From: Malacoraja senta
Taxonomy: Eukaryota
Assembly (NCBI GenBank): GCA_038087875.1
Contig: CM075979.1
Span: 85,994,001-86,058,000, forward strand
Direction: 5' to 3'
Length of the DNA stretch: 64,000 bases
Shown here: one piece after another, positions 24,445 to 37,100 of the stretch
Position numbering within the stretch: the first letter of the stretch is position 1
How the letters are laid out: every line of letters begins with the position of its first letter
The notes under the pieces: generated by a model
The model's input: only the letters and a program-made list of their open reading frames with translations
The model's database searches: none
What the model was told of the DNA's origin: nothing
Position numbers and translations under genes: made by a program

Positions 24445-25155
24445 GGGATCAAGGGGTCCTTGTTCATCAGTCTATGAAACTAAGCATGCAGATACACCAG
24501 GCAGTGAAGAAAGCAAATGGCATGTTGGCCTTTATAACAAGAGGAATCGAATATAGGAGCAAAGAGGACCTTCTGCAGTTGTAGAGCCCTAGTGAGACCA
24601 CACCTGAAGTATTGTGTGCAGTTTTGGTCCCCTGATTTGAGGAAGGACATTCTTGCTATTGAGGGAGTGCAGCGTAGGTTTACAAGGTTAATTCCAGGGA
24701 TGGCGGGACTCATATGCTGAGAGAATGGAGCAGCTGGGCTTGTACACTCTGGAGTTTAGAAGGATGAGAGGGGATCTCATTGAAACATATGATTGTTAAG
24801 AGTTTGGACACGCTAGAGGCAGGAAACATGTTCCCGATGTTGGGGGAGTCCAGAACCAGGGGCTACATTTTAAGAATAAGGAGGAGTATGCCATTTAGAA
24901 CGGAGACAAGGAAACACTTTTTTCTCACAGAGAGTGGTGAGTCTGTGGAATTCTCTGCCTCAGAGGGCGGTGGAGGCAGGTTCTCTGGTTGCTTTCAAGA
25001 GAGAGCTAGATAGGGCTCTTAAAAATAGCGGAGTCAGGGGATATGGGGAGAAGGCAGGAACGGGGTACTGATTGGGGATGATCAGCCATGATCATATTGA
25101 ATGTAGGTGCTGGCTCGAAGGGCCGAATGGCCTACTCCTGCACCTATTGTCTATT
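24445..25155 (+). mobile_element. CR1 LINE 3' fragment
   Basis: [10 protein letters not shown] and RTRG motifs; tail CCTACTCCTGCACCTATTGTCTATT. Confidence 0.9.
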
Positions 25156-28100
25156 TGGTGGCTTTTATGTGAGTTCAACGCATTGAACAAATGACCTATT
25201 CTTGCTCCCAATTCAGTTGATTTTCCAGGTTTCATCTCACTACAGAATAGTTCATATCAGAGTACAGATAGAGGTGGTAATTTATAAACATTCAGTGAAA
25301 CTAGTTCCACACTTATCAAGAGAAACAAATGATTTGGTTAAAATACTGGAGCAAAGGAAAATCAGGCAAATTATTCTTTAAAATTCTCATCCAAAATCTA
25401 AAAATAATTCACTTACCTATTTCTACTTGTTTAACTTTTTGTGGTGTGTCTGCATATTACCAAACTAAAAGACATTATCTGATGAGGTATTGCGGTCAAA
25501 ACTTTTATTGAAAAAGCACATGTTTTTAATGCATCATTTCCTAACATTACAAACATAAACAGACATTTATGTTTGTAATTTTTCAGAACATTTTTTCAAG
25601 TCATTTTTCAGAACATATTTAAAAAACAAAATCAGGCAATAATGCAACATATAGAGGAAATGCATGTATTCTCCTTCATAGATTATTCCAGTTAAATCTG
25701 TATACCATTAGAAACGATCATTGATGTCTTGTAATGTACAATTCCTAAGAGGTTCCAATAGTATAATTATTTCAAAGTCCAGTTACTTGCTAATTTTTAG
25801 GCATTACCAAATGACCAAAGTTAGTAAGCATGCAGGCTGGTATACAGAAAAAAACTTGTAAAGTGGGCATTTTACTTCTGATTTAATTGAATAATTAAAC
25901 ATTTGCAATTATTTAAGTGTATGCCTGATATAAGGACTGTTCGATGTACCCGCTATAAAGGCAGGCATAGCTTGGGCCCACGCGAGTGCCCATGGCTAAT
26001 CCTTTAATTTGGAGAGAGTGGGAGGAGTTAGTAGCAGGAAGTTGGTTGGGTCAAAATCAAGATACTTTCAAAAAGTTCCGAAATTTGTCAAGACGAAACG
26101 TGATCAAAATCTGTAAGCTAATTGACCTGCAAGCTGCCTCAATGTATAAAAGCAATACATTTCTACATAACATGCAATGTTCTGGATCTTTACAGTACTG
26201 TGGAAGAACCATATGTCATAAGATATTACGAGAGAATAATTTACAGGCCAACAGGGAAAGAACAGGAGTAATTACACAATCGCTCTATTGGGTCTTGGCG
26301 CAAACTTAACAGCCCCCTTCTGTGGTACTATGATTCTACGTTAACCTGACCAGTTGATCCCCAAACCATATGTGCCGATCGAGGACAATCTTGACCTTTA
26401 CAATAATCTTTAACCAACTAATATGGTCAAGGTAAAAAGTGCGTCAGATAAAAATCAAACAGTAGACCAATTGATAAGATTAAAATAATCTTAAACATAA
26501 ACTGAATCAAGTAGAGTAGTACAACACAGGAATGGGTCCTTCGGCCCACAATGTTTGAGCTGAACATGGCCAAGTTAAACTAATCTCATCTGTACGTGAT
26601 CCATGTACCTCTATTCCCTGCACTTCCATGCGCCTATCTAAAAGAAAAGCATAGAACATAATAGCAAAGAAATATGGATAATATGGAAGCATTAGAAAGC
26701 AACAATAAGCCTCAATAACCTGATAAATTGACTGTTACGGCAGTCTAATGTTATATTATGCATTAGTGATGTTATCACTGCAACTAATTTACACAGATTG
26801 ATATGTTTCCAATGCATCCAAGGAAATTAGTTACCGCCTGCACAATGTCTATTTGCCTACTTTATTCACAGATATATAATAAAGGTGTCAAACCTAAGAG
26901 TAACAGCAGAAAATTCTGTGCAAAGCATGTATTGTACATTTTCTCCCATTGTTGACCAAAGGGATCGCTACATTTAGTCTCATTTTACAGCATAATTAGC
27001 TGTGGGATTAAAAAGCTTTTAACTCAGTAGGGGAAACCTTCCAGTGAGCTGCTAAAGACAACAAACGGTATGTTAACTCTTTCTAGCATACTCCCACACA
27101 CAATCTCTCAAAGGGAGTATGGTCACAACTTTTGACAAACTGAAAACATGGTCTTTCAACCATAGATGACCAATCTGCCTGAAAAGCTTTGACAACAGGC
27201 AAGCATGTCTTCAGGCTGGCTGGCCACAATTAGATTCTGATATTCATTTGGTAGGATGTCCATTTGTAAGTAATGCTACACTGCACCAACACTACCAGGT
27301 TCTCTTCCTAAAAACACCAGGAAAATAACTCCAATTAATTTTCATGTCACTTATATGAAAGGTCAGTTCTACAATTGCTTAAGCAATATCGCCCGCTATA
27401 AACTTATTTGGTTAGCCTCAGTCCACGTCACTGATATGGCAGCAGAAAACCTGTGGACCCTGCCATGATCACACTACTTCCAGGCCATCATGAGAAAAGC
27501 TGCAAATAAAAGCTATTGTTTAAAAGAACAAAACATATTTCATAAATCAACAAGCCTCTGTTGCAATCCAAGGAAAGTTGGCAAAAGGCACATAAAACAC
27601 GGGAAATAAAAGTAAACATTGATTAACCAACAGTCCGGATGCATTGACTGCAGATTGGTGCCATTGGAGTAATTCACCAGTGGATAGGACTGGAAGATTC
27701 TGTTGCTCTATGAAGAACCCATACTTAGAATTATAGTTTATGTTTAAGAAACTGCTGCTTTAAAGCTGTACAAATCAATTTAAAGTTTCATATCCAAATT
27801 GAAAAATGACATTTGTGATTCATTAAATTATAATTCAGTAGCACTTGAATGTTAGCAATCACCATAACGTACAGCCCATACTCACATATCAATGTATTTT
27901 ACTTCCAAAATACCTAAATATTCAGGGTTTGAAATCATCAATGGATACAAATTTTGCAAGCCATTGATGTGAGTATTTAGTTTACTTTGCACTATCAGAA
28001 TACAAGCTTTGGAAATATCAGAATACAAGCTTTTTATTTAAAAGGTAAGTTAAGTTTAGCAGGTATGAATTTCATCAATCTTGTTGACCACATAATGACA

Positions 28101-28709
28101 CAAAGGAACTTTCAAAACTGCTTTCAGATTCCTTTATGAAATTGGAGTTGGAGAAAGTACCCATGAAATAAAGGTTCTTTAAAAAATGCATCAAAAGATA
28201 ACTGCTTAGAAATAATATCAAATTGCAGTGGTTTAACATGATATGTTTATTGGAATTTACTGTTTGCAATAATAAAGCACTTGAAAAGAGATCCAGATTC
28301 TTTAAAACATTTTGCAAATAAACAGACTGGGGTGTGAATGACAACAGTGTGCATGCTCATTTTGATTATCATTTAAGCAAAACCCTACTGCCCATAAGAG
28401 CCTCATATTAGCAAATCAAGATTTCAATTTAAGACCTGACCTTACTGGACTGTTGACAGAGACTAAGGTATCCATGTCTTTCCAGCATGATTTCCTCTCA
28501 GTTTCTGATCACATGCAAACAGCACTTCATATCACCCTCACTTTTGATGTCAGTGCCCCCTGGTTTTCTGACCACCATCCTCAATCCACATAGCTCCCTG
28601 ACCTCTTGCTCCAATCACCCATTTACCCCTCCAGTCTAATCATTATCCTCTCCCCCAACTTTTCACGTAACTCATCTTCAACACCCAATCATCCCCACGG
28701 CAAGCACAT

Positions 28710-28942
28710 TTTAGTTTATAGATAAGAGTGGAAACAGGCCCTTTGGCCCACCGAGTCTGTGCCCGACCAGTGATCCCCACACACTTACACTATCTACACA
28801 CTCGGGTCAATTTACAATTATACCAAGCCAATTAACCTACAAACCCGTATGTCTTTGGAGTGTGGGAGGATACCAAATGTTCTGGAAAAAACCCATACAG
28901 ATCACAGGGAGAATGTACAAACTCTGTACAGACAGCACCTGT
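28710..28942 (-). mobile_element. V-SINE (HE1-like), 5' truncated
   Basis: Reverse complement of the 20222-20527 body and tail. Confidence 0.8.
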
Positions 28943-29165
28943 AGTTGTCAATTTTACCAAATTACATTTGCAATTGAACATACTATCCTATTTGTCATAG
29001 CAGCTGGTCACCCTTTCCTTCATCCAAAAGGTTTCCACAACAGGATTCTATCCTCACACCAGCTTCTCACAATTCGTCCCCAAAATTATGATTATTTCCC
29101 ACTTGTTATCCAAGATGCCTTCCATGATTCTGCATTATCTTCACAACCAATATTCATTTAACCTT

Positions 29166-29371
29166 AGGTACACAAAAATGCTGGAGAAACTCAGCGGGTG
29201 CAGCAGCATCTATGGAGCGAAGGAAATAGGTAACGTTTCGGGCCGAAGAAGGGTTTCGGCCCGAAACGTTACCTATTTCCTTCGCTCCATAGATGCTGCT
29301 GCACCCGCTGAGTTTCTCCAGCATTTTTGTGTACCTTCGATTTTCCAGCATCTGCAGTTCCTTCTTTAACA
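29166..29371. repeat. Palindromic Penelope-linked element: perfect 82-bp inverted repeat (29166-29247 / 29255-29336) plus 3' extension
   Basis: Arms are exact reverse complements; flanked by TTCATTTAAYCTTA (29153-29166, 29373-29386). Confidence 0.95.
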
Positions 29372-30665
29372 TTTCATTTAATCTTATATTGTTCTCTCAA
29401 GCAAAGATACATCCACTTAAAAGGCCAAGCACATATCCTTTCATATTGACACTAAAAATAAGGATATTCTCCATGTTCAAAGGCAATTCATGTTAAACAG
29501 CAACATCAGCTTCTTTCAGCACATTTCTTAGACAAAGAACATTACAACAGATCCTCTGAGGCATAAAAACATCATGTCCTTACAAGTATTCCCTTATTTT
29601 CTCTCTCTTCTATTCTGTCCATTCCTGTCATTCTGAATCCAACTTTGTTAATATTTGTCAAAACATCGGGTTCCTTAAATACAACTTATCATTTATCTTA
29701 CCGAATAAAAAAAAATGCACCTTCACGACTTACCTGGTCACAATCTGCACTTCATCCCTTATTTGAGAGAAATATGATTACACTTTAAACTTTGTACTCC
29801 AAATCTAACTACTTTCATCTACAAACTATGAATGCTAAGGTGTAAATTAAATGTCTTTCATAAACACAGTTGCTTTTGTCAGCATCTATGTTACAGAAAT
29901 TAGGCTGGAATTTGTAACAAGGTCATTGCTACATTAGTGACTGCTTTAAGTGGTACGTACTGAAGTTGTAAAATGCAGTTATTCCTACCTGCCCCTCTTC
30001 CCTCCTCTATCCCCATTGAAAGACACTCAACAGTCATTTGTCTTCATTAAAATATTGTACAATATTTTAAAAACCAAGGAACACCAAACCAGAGCTGGTA
30101 ATTTTCATGCACAATTTGCAAAGCCACTGCCCGTATTATCAGCTTCCCATTTACAAGCAGGACAGGATGTTAAAATATCTTCATTATATCCATTTCTATT
30201 TTGCAATAAGAAATACGCAATTCAAATAGGTCAGGTGGTCTTCCGTCTTGTTTGCAAACATAGACCCTGTAGGAAAATTCTGATATTTCAATTATTTCAG
30301 CTCAAGTTAAACAGGAGTTACAACAACAAACAAATTATCCAACATTCATACATTTTCAATAGCCATTTAATAAAAACATAAAAGTAAAAAAACGTAACCA
30401 ATAGCTAGATGTTTTCCATGTGGTAAGATAGTTACAATATCCAGACTTCGTGCCCAGAGGCATCACAATAAATAGTTACGTTCACAAAGGCAAAAGGTCC
30501 AGTGATTTGTATTTAATGATAGTAACAACTGCTCAACAGTGACAAAGTACTGTTCTTATTCTGCAGAAAAAGTTACCCTCCAAATAAAGGTTCACGGACA
30601 CTTTGTGATGCATTCAACATCATGGAATAAGATTTGGCACTTCGGTGAAGGTGCTTTATAGCAAT

Positions 30666-30688
30666 TTATGATCCTCCAAAATCTGTAT
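30666..30688 (-). CDS. FAM118A: FAM118A terminal coding exon DTDFGGS*
   Basis: ttgcAG acceptor; matches human C-terminus DTDDAGGS; TAA at 30668-30666. Confidence 0.85.
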
Positions 30689-33600
30689 CTGCAATGAGAT
30701 TTAATTTTGTAAAAATTATTCCTGCCATTTAGAATGACTGTACAAACTATTTTCTTCCTTACAAATAATGTTGTTCTTGTTCAGTCTTACATTTGCTTCC
30801 CCTGTTTTAACATTAATCCCTTATTGGTTCTCTTCATTGTCTCAGTGGATGAAAACACCAGCTTCTTTGCTGATAAGGAGCTTATAACAAAAAGGCTCCA
30901 GATTATTTCCTTGGCAAATTGGTTTTTAGTCTATGCCAAATTGCCTCATTTTTTTTTGTGATTTACATTTCTGATTGTTACTGTCATGTAGTGATTGGCC
31001 AGATTATTGTAATGAATTCTGGGGAGTTGGAGTGCAAAGCATATTGAACAATGTTATGAAATTCAGGAAGATCTGGAATATACACAGAATCATGGAAAAG
31101 CAAAGCAATTAAGTAATTTCAAGCAACAAATGGCTGACAGCACAAAAATATTAAGCTATCTCACACCCAGCCTGAGGAGTAAATAACTGAATCGCTGCAA
31201 AACCAGTCAACCAAACTTCCAAAGATCACCCTCCTCCAGCTTGTCTCTTCACATTTAGTTCACTGCCATCTAAAACCTTCCTATCCGTAAATTTGTCCAA
31301 ATGTCTTTTAAAAATTGTAAGTGTATATGCTTGCTTCCTCAGGCAGCTCGTTTGAGATACGGACTACTCACTGAGTGGAAAAAGTTTGTCCTGAGAGATC
31401 CCTCTTGAATCCCTTTCCTATCACCTTAAGCCTAAAGCCCCTAGTTTTATAATTCCTCTACCCTAAGAAAAAAGACAGCGAGTGTTCACAAAATCTTTTG
31501 CACATTTGTTGAAAATGTACCATTTCCTTTCCGGATCCTTTTTTGAGTTACATCACCATTTTCGTCTTGTTTCCGCTTTACACAGTCTGAACATGCTGTC
31601 CCTGCAACATCAAGGCAAAAATGGTTAGGAATTTTACTACCAAAAAAGCGATACAAATTAATTATAATCATGAATTTAAAAAAAAGAAGAATTCCTTATG
31701 TAAAGTCATTGCCCCGAGACATGACCTCATATTTTCTCTCCACAAATGTTATATATCCTGAATATTATTCCCAGCAATATTTACAGCATCTGCAACATTT
31801 TATTTTTGGAATCAATGAGGATTAAGCACAAAATTTCCAGAAGGCAAGTTGCACCACTTCCTTCACGTCAGTCATGGCTTTATAGACATAAATTATATAG
31901 AATTATATAGACCCATTGGGCCACGATTTAAGCGCAAAACATGATGCCAGCAATCTAATCATTTCCGCCTGCAAGTGATCTATGTCCCTCCATTGCCTGC
32001 ATATTCAAGCATCTACCTAAAAGACTTAAACACCACCACCATCCCTAGTGGCACATTCAGGCACCTTTCACTCATGTAAAAAAAATGCCCTGCACATCTT
32101 CTTTAATCTCCCCCCCCTCACCTTAAAGCAAGGTGAGCTAATCCTTGACATTTCCACAACGCAGGAAAAGGTTCTGAACATCTACACTATGCCTCGCCTA
32201 ATTTTATACACCGTATTTCCCAGCATTGAAGACGCACCTGCGTTGAAGACGCACCCCCAATTTGAGTTGCTAAATTTTGAAAAAAGACTAGCGGGACAGG
32301 ATCAGGGGTTTGGTTTAGTCAGTAGGAAGGAAGATGTGAAACTCTGGACCGGGGAACCTCCGTCTTCGCCTGTCCCACAATGCACTGTGTGGTTCAGGTC
32401 TGAGGGACGGGGACTTCCTGGCTCAGGGAGATCACATAACGGAGAGAGAGCCCGGGACGGAGCAGCCAGTCTTCCGCCCAGTAGCTACCCGTCAACCACC
32501 ACCTCCACCGGTTGCACCTGTGCCGAAGTATACCCTGGCGGGCGGGCCGGCAGAAGCGCTGAGGTGGCGGCCGGTTCCGCTGTCCGGTCCCGGCGGCCGC
32601 TCGCAACCACCCAGGTCGGCTGCGTGCCCGCGAATGGCTGCAGTTCCCAGGTCAGCTGCGTGCCACGGGACTGGCTATAGCGCCCAGGTCGGCTTGCTTG
32701 CCCCAGGTCAGCCTGCAGTTCCCAGGTCAGCCGCGTGCCCTGGGAATGGCTGCAGTTCCCAGGTCGGCTCGCTTGCCCCAGGCCTGGCTGTTGCGCCCAG
32801 GTCGACTCGCTTGCCCCAGGTCAGGCTGCAGTTCCCAGGTCGGCTGCGTGCCCCGGGAATGGCTGCAGTTCCCAGGTCGGCTCGCTTGCCCCAGGTCTGG
32901 CTGTAGCGCCCAGGTCGACTCGCTTGCCCCAGGTCTGGTATGTGCGCCCAGTTTGGCTCGCTTGCCCCAGGTCTGGCTGTGACACCCAGGTCAGCTGCAT
33001 GCCCCGCGAATGGCTGCAGTTCCCAGGTCGACTCGCTTGCCCCAGGTCGGCTGCCTGCCCCGGGAGTGGCTGCAGTTCCCAGGTCGCCTGCGTTGCACGG
33101 GACTGGCTGTAACGCCCAGGTCGGCTCGCTTGCCCCAGGTCTGGCTGCGACACCCAGGTCGGCTGCGTGCCCCACGAATGGCTGCAGTTCCCAAGTCGAC
33201 TCGCTTGCCCCAGGTCTGGCTGTTGCGCCCTGGTTGGTGCGCTTGCCCCTGGTCTGGCTGCAGTTCCCAGGTTGCCTGCGAGCCCTGGGACTGGCTGCAG
33301 TTCCCAGGTCGCGAAAACTAATTGGAAAAAAAACGCCTGCGGGCCCGATGAGTTTGGGTTAAGGGCCGGATCCAGGCCGTAGGTTGCCGACCCCTGTGTT
33401 AGGCCTCATTGTGTCCCCCCCCCCCCCCATGTTTTAAAATCGATTTGGCCCAAGTCTATCTTTCTTGGCTAACAAGCTAACCTTCGGCCTCCAAGACGCA
33501 GGTACATTTTTCGGGCCTAATGTTTGGGTAAAAAATAGCGTCTTCATTGGCGGGAAATACGGTAATTGTATCAGGTCTCAGCCTCGACACTACAGAGAAA

Positions 33601-34130
33601 ACAATCCAAGTTTGTCCAACTTCTCCTTATAGCTAATATCCTCTAATCCAGGCAGTATTCTGGTAAATCTCTTCAGCACCCTCTCCAAATGTGGCCACAC
33701 CAAAGTTTTATGAAGCGCTGCAACATGACTTCCTGACTCTCACACGAGCCCCTATGGATGATGAAGGCAAGCATACCATACACATTTTTCTACCACTCTA
33801 ACTGCTTGTGTTGCTGCTTTCAGGGAGCTATATTGCACCCCAAGATCCCTCTGTACATCAATGCTGTTAAGTGTCCTGCCATTAACTGAATACTTTCATT
33901 TCACATTTGACCTCTCAAAGTGCAACAATGGTTGTCAAACCTAAGGGAAAAAGTTCAATTATGTGTCTCATATATTTTGTATGTTTCTTTAACTTGACCG
34001 GCTTTTATAATTTAACTTTATTTGAATAACATTCAAATGTCTTGGACGGTCAGAGATACTTGGCAATAAAGAGCTGTCATCTTTTCTAGGCCTCCATATC
34101 CAAATCCATAGACATAGAATATATATCCAA

Positions 34131-34174
<44 letters not shown>

Positions 34175-37100
34175 TCCATATCCAAGTCAGAGACAATGCA
34201 AGTCCAGGTTGCCAACTGCCCCTGGGCAAGTATCATCCTGCATTTGATTTTGTCACAAATATGAGGTATTTCTTTAAATCAGTCAACACAAGCTTTGCTC
34301 TGCTAAACTTCAATGTTCCTTCTAAACTACATTCATGTTCTCGATGGAACAAAGCTTTTGACATTTCCGCCATGTTGAAATTGTACATTTCCACACTTAC
34401 CAAGTTCACTCTTCACCAGAATCGTAATTCTGAGAACAATGAATTGAATGGAATTGAATTGAATCCATACATCACATTAATTCTACCATTCAATCACTTA
34501 AAACAAAAATCATAGAAGAAGAATCCTTTGATCATTACTTAAACATTTATCATTAAAAAAAAAATCATGACAATCCAATGGCTAGACCTTTGGTTTTTAA
34601 TTTTTTTAATAGCGCACAATGGTCAAAATAAATGTAAAATAAAATTTCCCCATTATGTTGACATTAAAATAACAAACTCTCCCATGGAGATCAAATTTTG
34701 ATAAAGAACTTCCACCTTCATTGCACGAATATTCAATTAAATGAAAATTTTATTCCACTTGCATTTTCCAGGACATATAATTTCATCCATCCTCATTGCC
34801 CTGTGTGAAACGACCAGTGCCGTCAGAGTTCCACGATACCATTTCAATCTCATTTCATTTTAAATTTAGGACATGCTGTTACCTCAAAACATTAACAATA
34901 CATTTGTTCTTCATTATAACACAATTTTATTCCGAGTTATAGGGTGGTTGGATTGCTTTCATATTTCCTTACCGATAGATAGATTTGTACTATCTGCAGC
35001 GGAACTATCTGAAAAAAAAAGTGATAATTAGTAATTAGATTAAATGTTTTTGTTGAAACCTTATGAAGTACTCAGTACAACATTTAAGTACACCAGAGAT
35101 TAATAAAAATATTTTCAAGTTTTTTTTACCAACTAGAAAAGTATCTCCACCATTTCTTAGGAAACTCAGCTACCACATGCTACAATTTCAATGCAGAATT
35201 GTGGATGGAGTCCTCAGCCATGTCTCTTGCGTTCCCCCACAGGTCTATTCTTGCCTCCCTCCATCTCCTCATACAGTAGTGATAGCGTTTCCCTGGTCCT
35301 TACCTTTCATCCTACCAGCCTTTGCATCCATCACATCACTCTACAACATTTCTGCCACTTTAATGTGATCCAACCATCAGTCATATCTTCCCTTCCTTGT
35401 CCATCTCTGCAGAGACCAGTCTCTCTGTGACTCCCTGGTTCATTCATCCCTTCCTCAGGACCTTTCCCTTGCAATGACAGGAGGTGAAACACATGTCCCA
35501 GCACCCCCTCCCTTATTGCCATTCAAGGACCTAAACAGCCTTCCAGGTGAAATATAGGTTTATACACACCTCCAACCTTATCACTTGCATTCAGTGCTCT
35601 CTCTACACCCTCCTCTCTGCATTGGTGAGACCAAGCCTAGACTGAGCAAGTTTCACCAAACACTTCCACTCTGTCTGCCAGGGCCTGCTGGAACTCCCAG
35701 ATGTTAGCTCCTTCAATACCGTTCGCATTCCGACCCGTCTGTTCTCGATCTCCTCCACTGCCAGTGAGGCCACATCCAAACAGGAAAAATAGTAGCTCAT
35801 ATTCTTCTTGGATTGCCGACAACCCAATGGCACAAGCATAGAATTCTGCAATTTCAGCCAAACCGCTCAACTATTCTCTTTATTTCTGATCTACCCAGGA
35901 TCTCATACACATACTTTTCATTCCACTCCTCGCCCGTCACCCAGTTAATTTCCCTTCCTCCACCAATTCCTTCTGCTCATCACATTTCCCTATGCTCTCG
36001 GGTCCACGGTTTACACCACCCACCCCATCCATCCCTTTTCCCATCTACCCCACACAATTCCCGCTGGTTCTACACTTTACTCCTCAACTTCAATTCCTAT
36101 CAGATACCACCACATGCAGCTGTGTCTTCTCCACTCATCTCTTCCAGTTATTATGACCATCTACAGCCTTTTTTCACCCACTTGACTCATCTGCCAAAAA
36201 TGCCTATTTTCCTGGATCCACCTATCAATTTTTCTTGCACCATCCCTTCCCTACACTTCTCTCTACCGGTTGTCTCCTCTCGATTCTCGTCTTGAGTCAG
36301 GAAAAATTGGTCTAACTAATTTTAGTTCATTTTGTATATGGCACACAAATGCAGATAGTGAATGGAATGAAACATAGAAAGTAGGTGCAGGAGTAGGCCA
36401 TTCGGCCCTTTGAGCCAGCACCGCCATGCAATATGATCATGTCTGATCATCCAGAATCAGTATCCCATTCCTGCTTTCCCCCCATATCCCTTGATTCCGT
36501 TAGCCCCAAGAGCCACATCCAACTCTCTCTTGAATACATATTCAAGAATGCATAGGCTGGTTGATGGGGTGCTAATCAAGTTGATTGTCCTGCCGAATTA
36601 GGCCGGTATGTGTTTGGAGTGGAACCTGGAGGAGATGCTCCCATGTTCATAAGTTTATGTAATAGGAGCAGAATTAGGCCATTCAGTCCCTCAAGCCATT
36701 CAATCATGGCTGATCTGTCTCTCCCTCATAACCCCATTCTCCTGCCTTCTCCCATAATCCGACACCTATACTAATCAAGTTAAGCTTTTTGAGAGTTATT
36801 GGTGCTACACTGATCCAGGCAAATCGAGTGTTTCATTAACCTGAGGGATGAAACTGTATGTCCTTGTCCTCTACAGATGCTGCCTGACCCATTGAGACGC
36901 TCCAGCAGTTTGTTTTTTGCGCATGATTCCAGCATCTGCAGTCTCCTGTCTAGTGTGTCACATAGCACAGAAACAAGCCATCAGTTCAGTTAGAGCATGC
37001 TGACTATCGACCACTTGTTAACGCTGATCCTACATTCATTCCATTTTCAATTCTCCCCATATTCTACTCAGTTAGAATCTTGGTGCAATTTACAGTGGTC

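Noticed and set aside
29166-29336. Conserved pre-miRNA gene
   Set aside because: The arms belong to a multi-copy repeat family, and a perfect 82-bp stem is unlike canonical pre-miRNAs; kept only as a possible dsRNA substrate.
31486-31520. FAM118A ending by read-through ([11 protein letters not shown])
   Set aside because: A downstream exon at 30688-30666 gives DTDFGGS*, matching the human end; read-through is at most a minor isoform.
32048-33382. Multiple 100-210 aa ORFs
   Set aside because: They overlap on both strands within a GC-rich minisatellite and show no protein motifs or splice structure.
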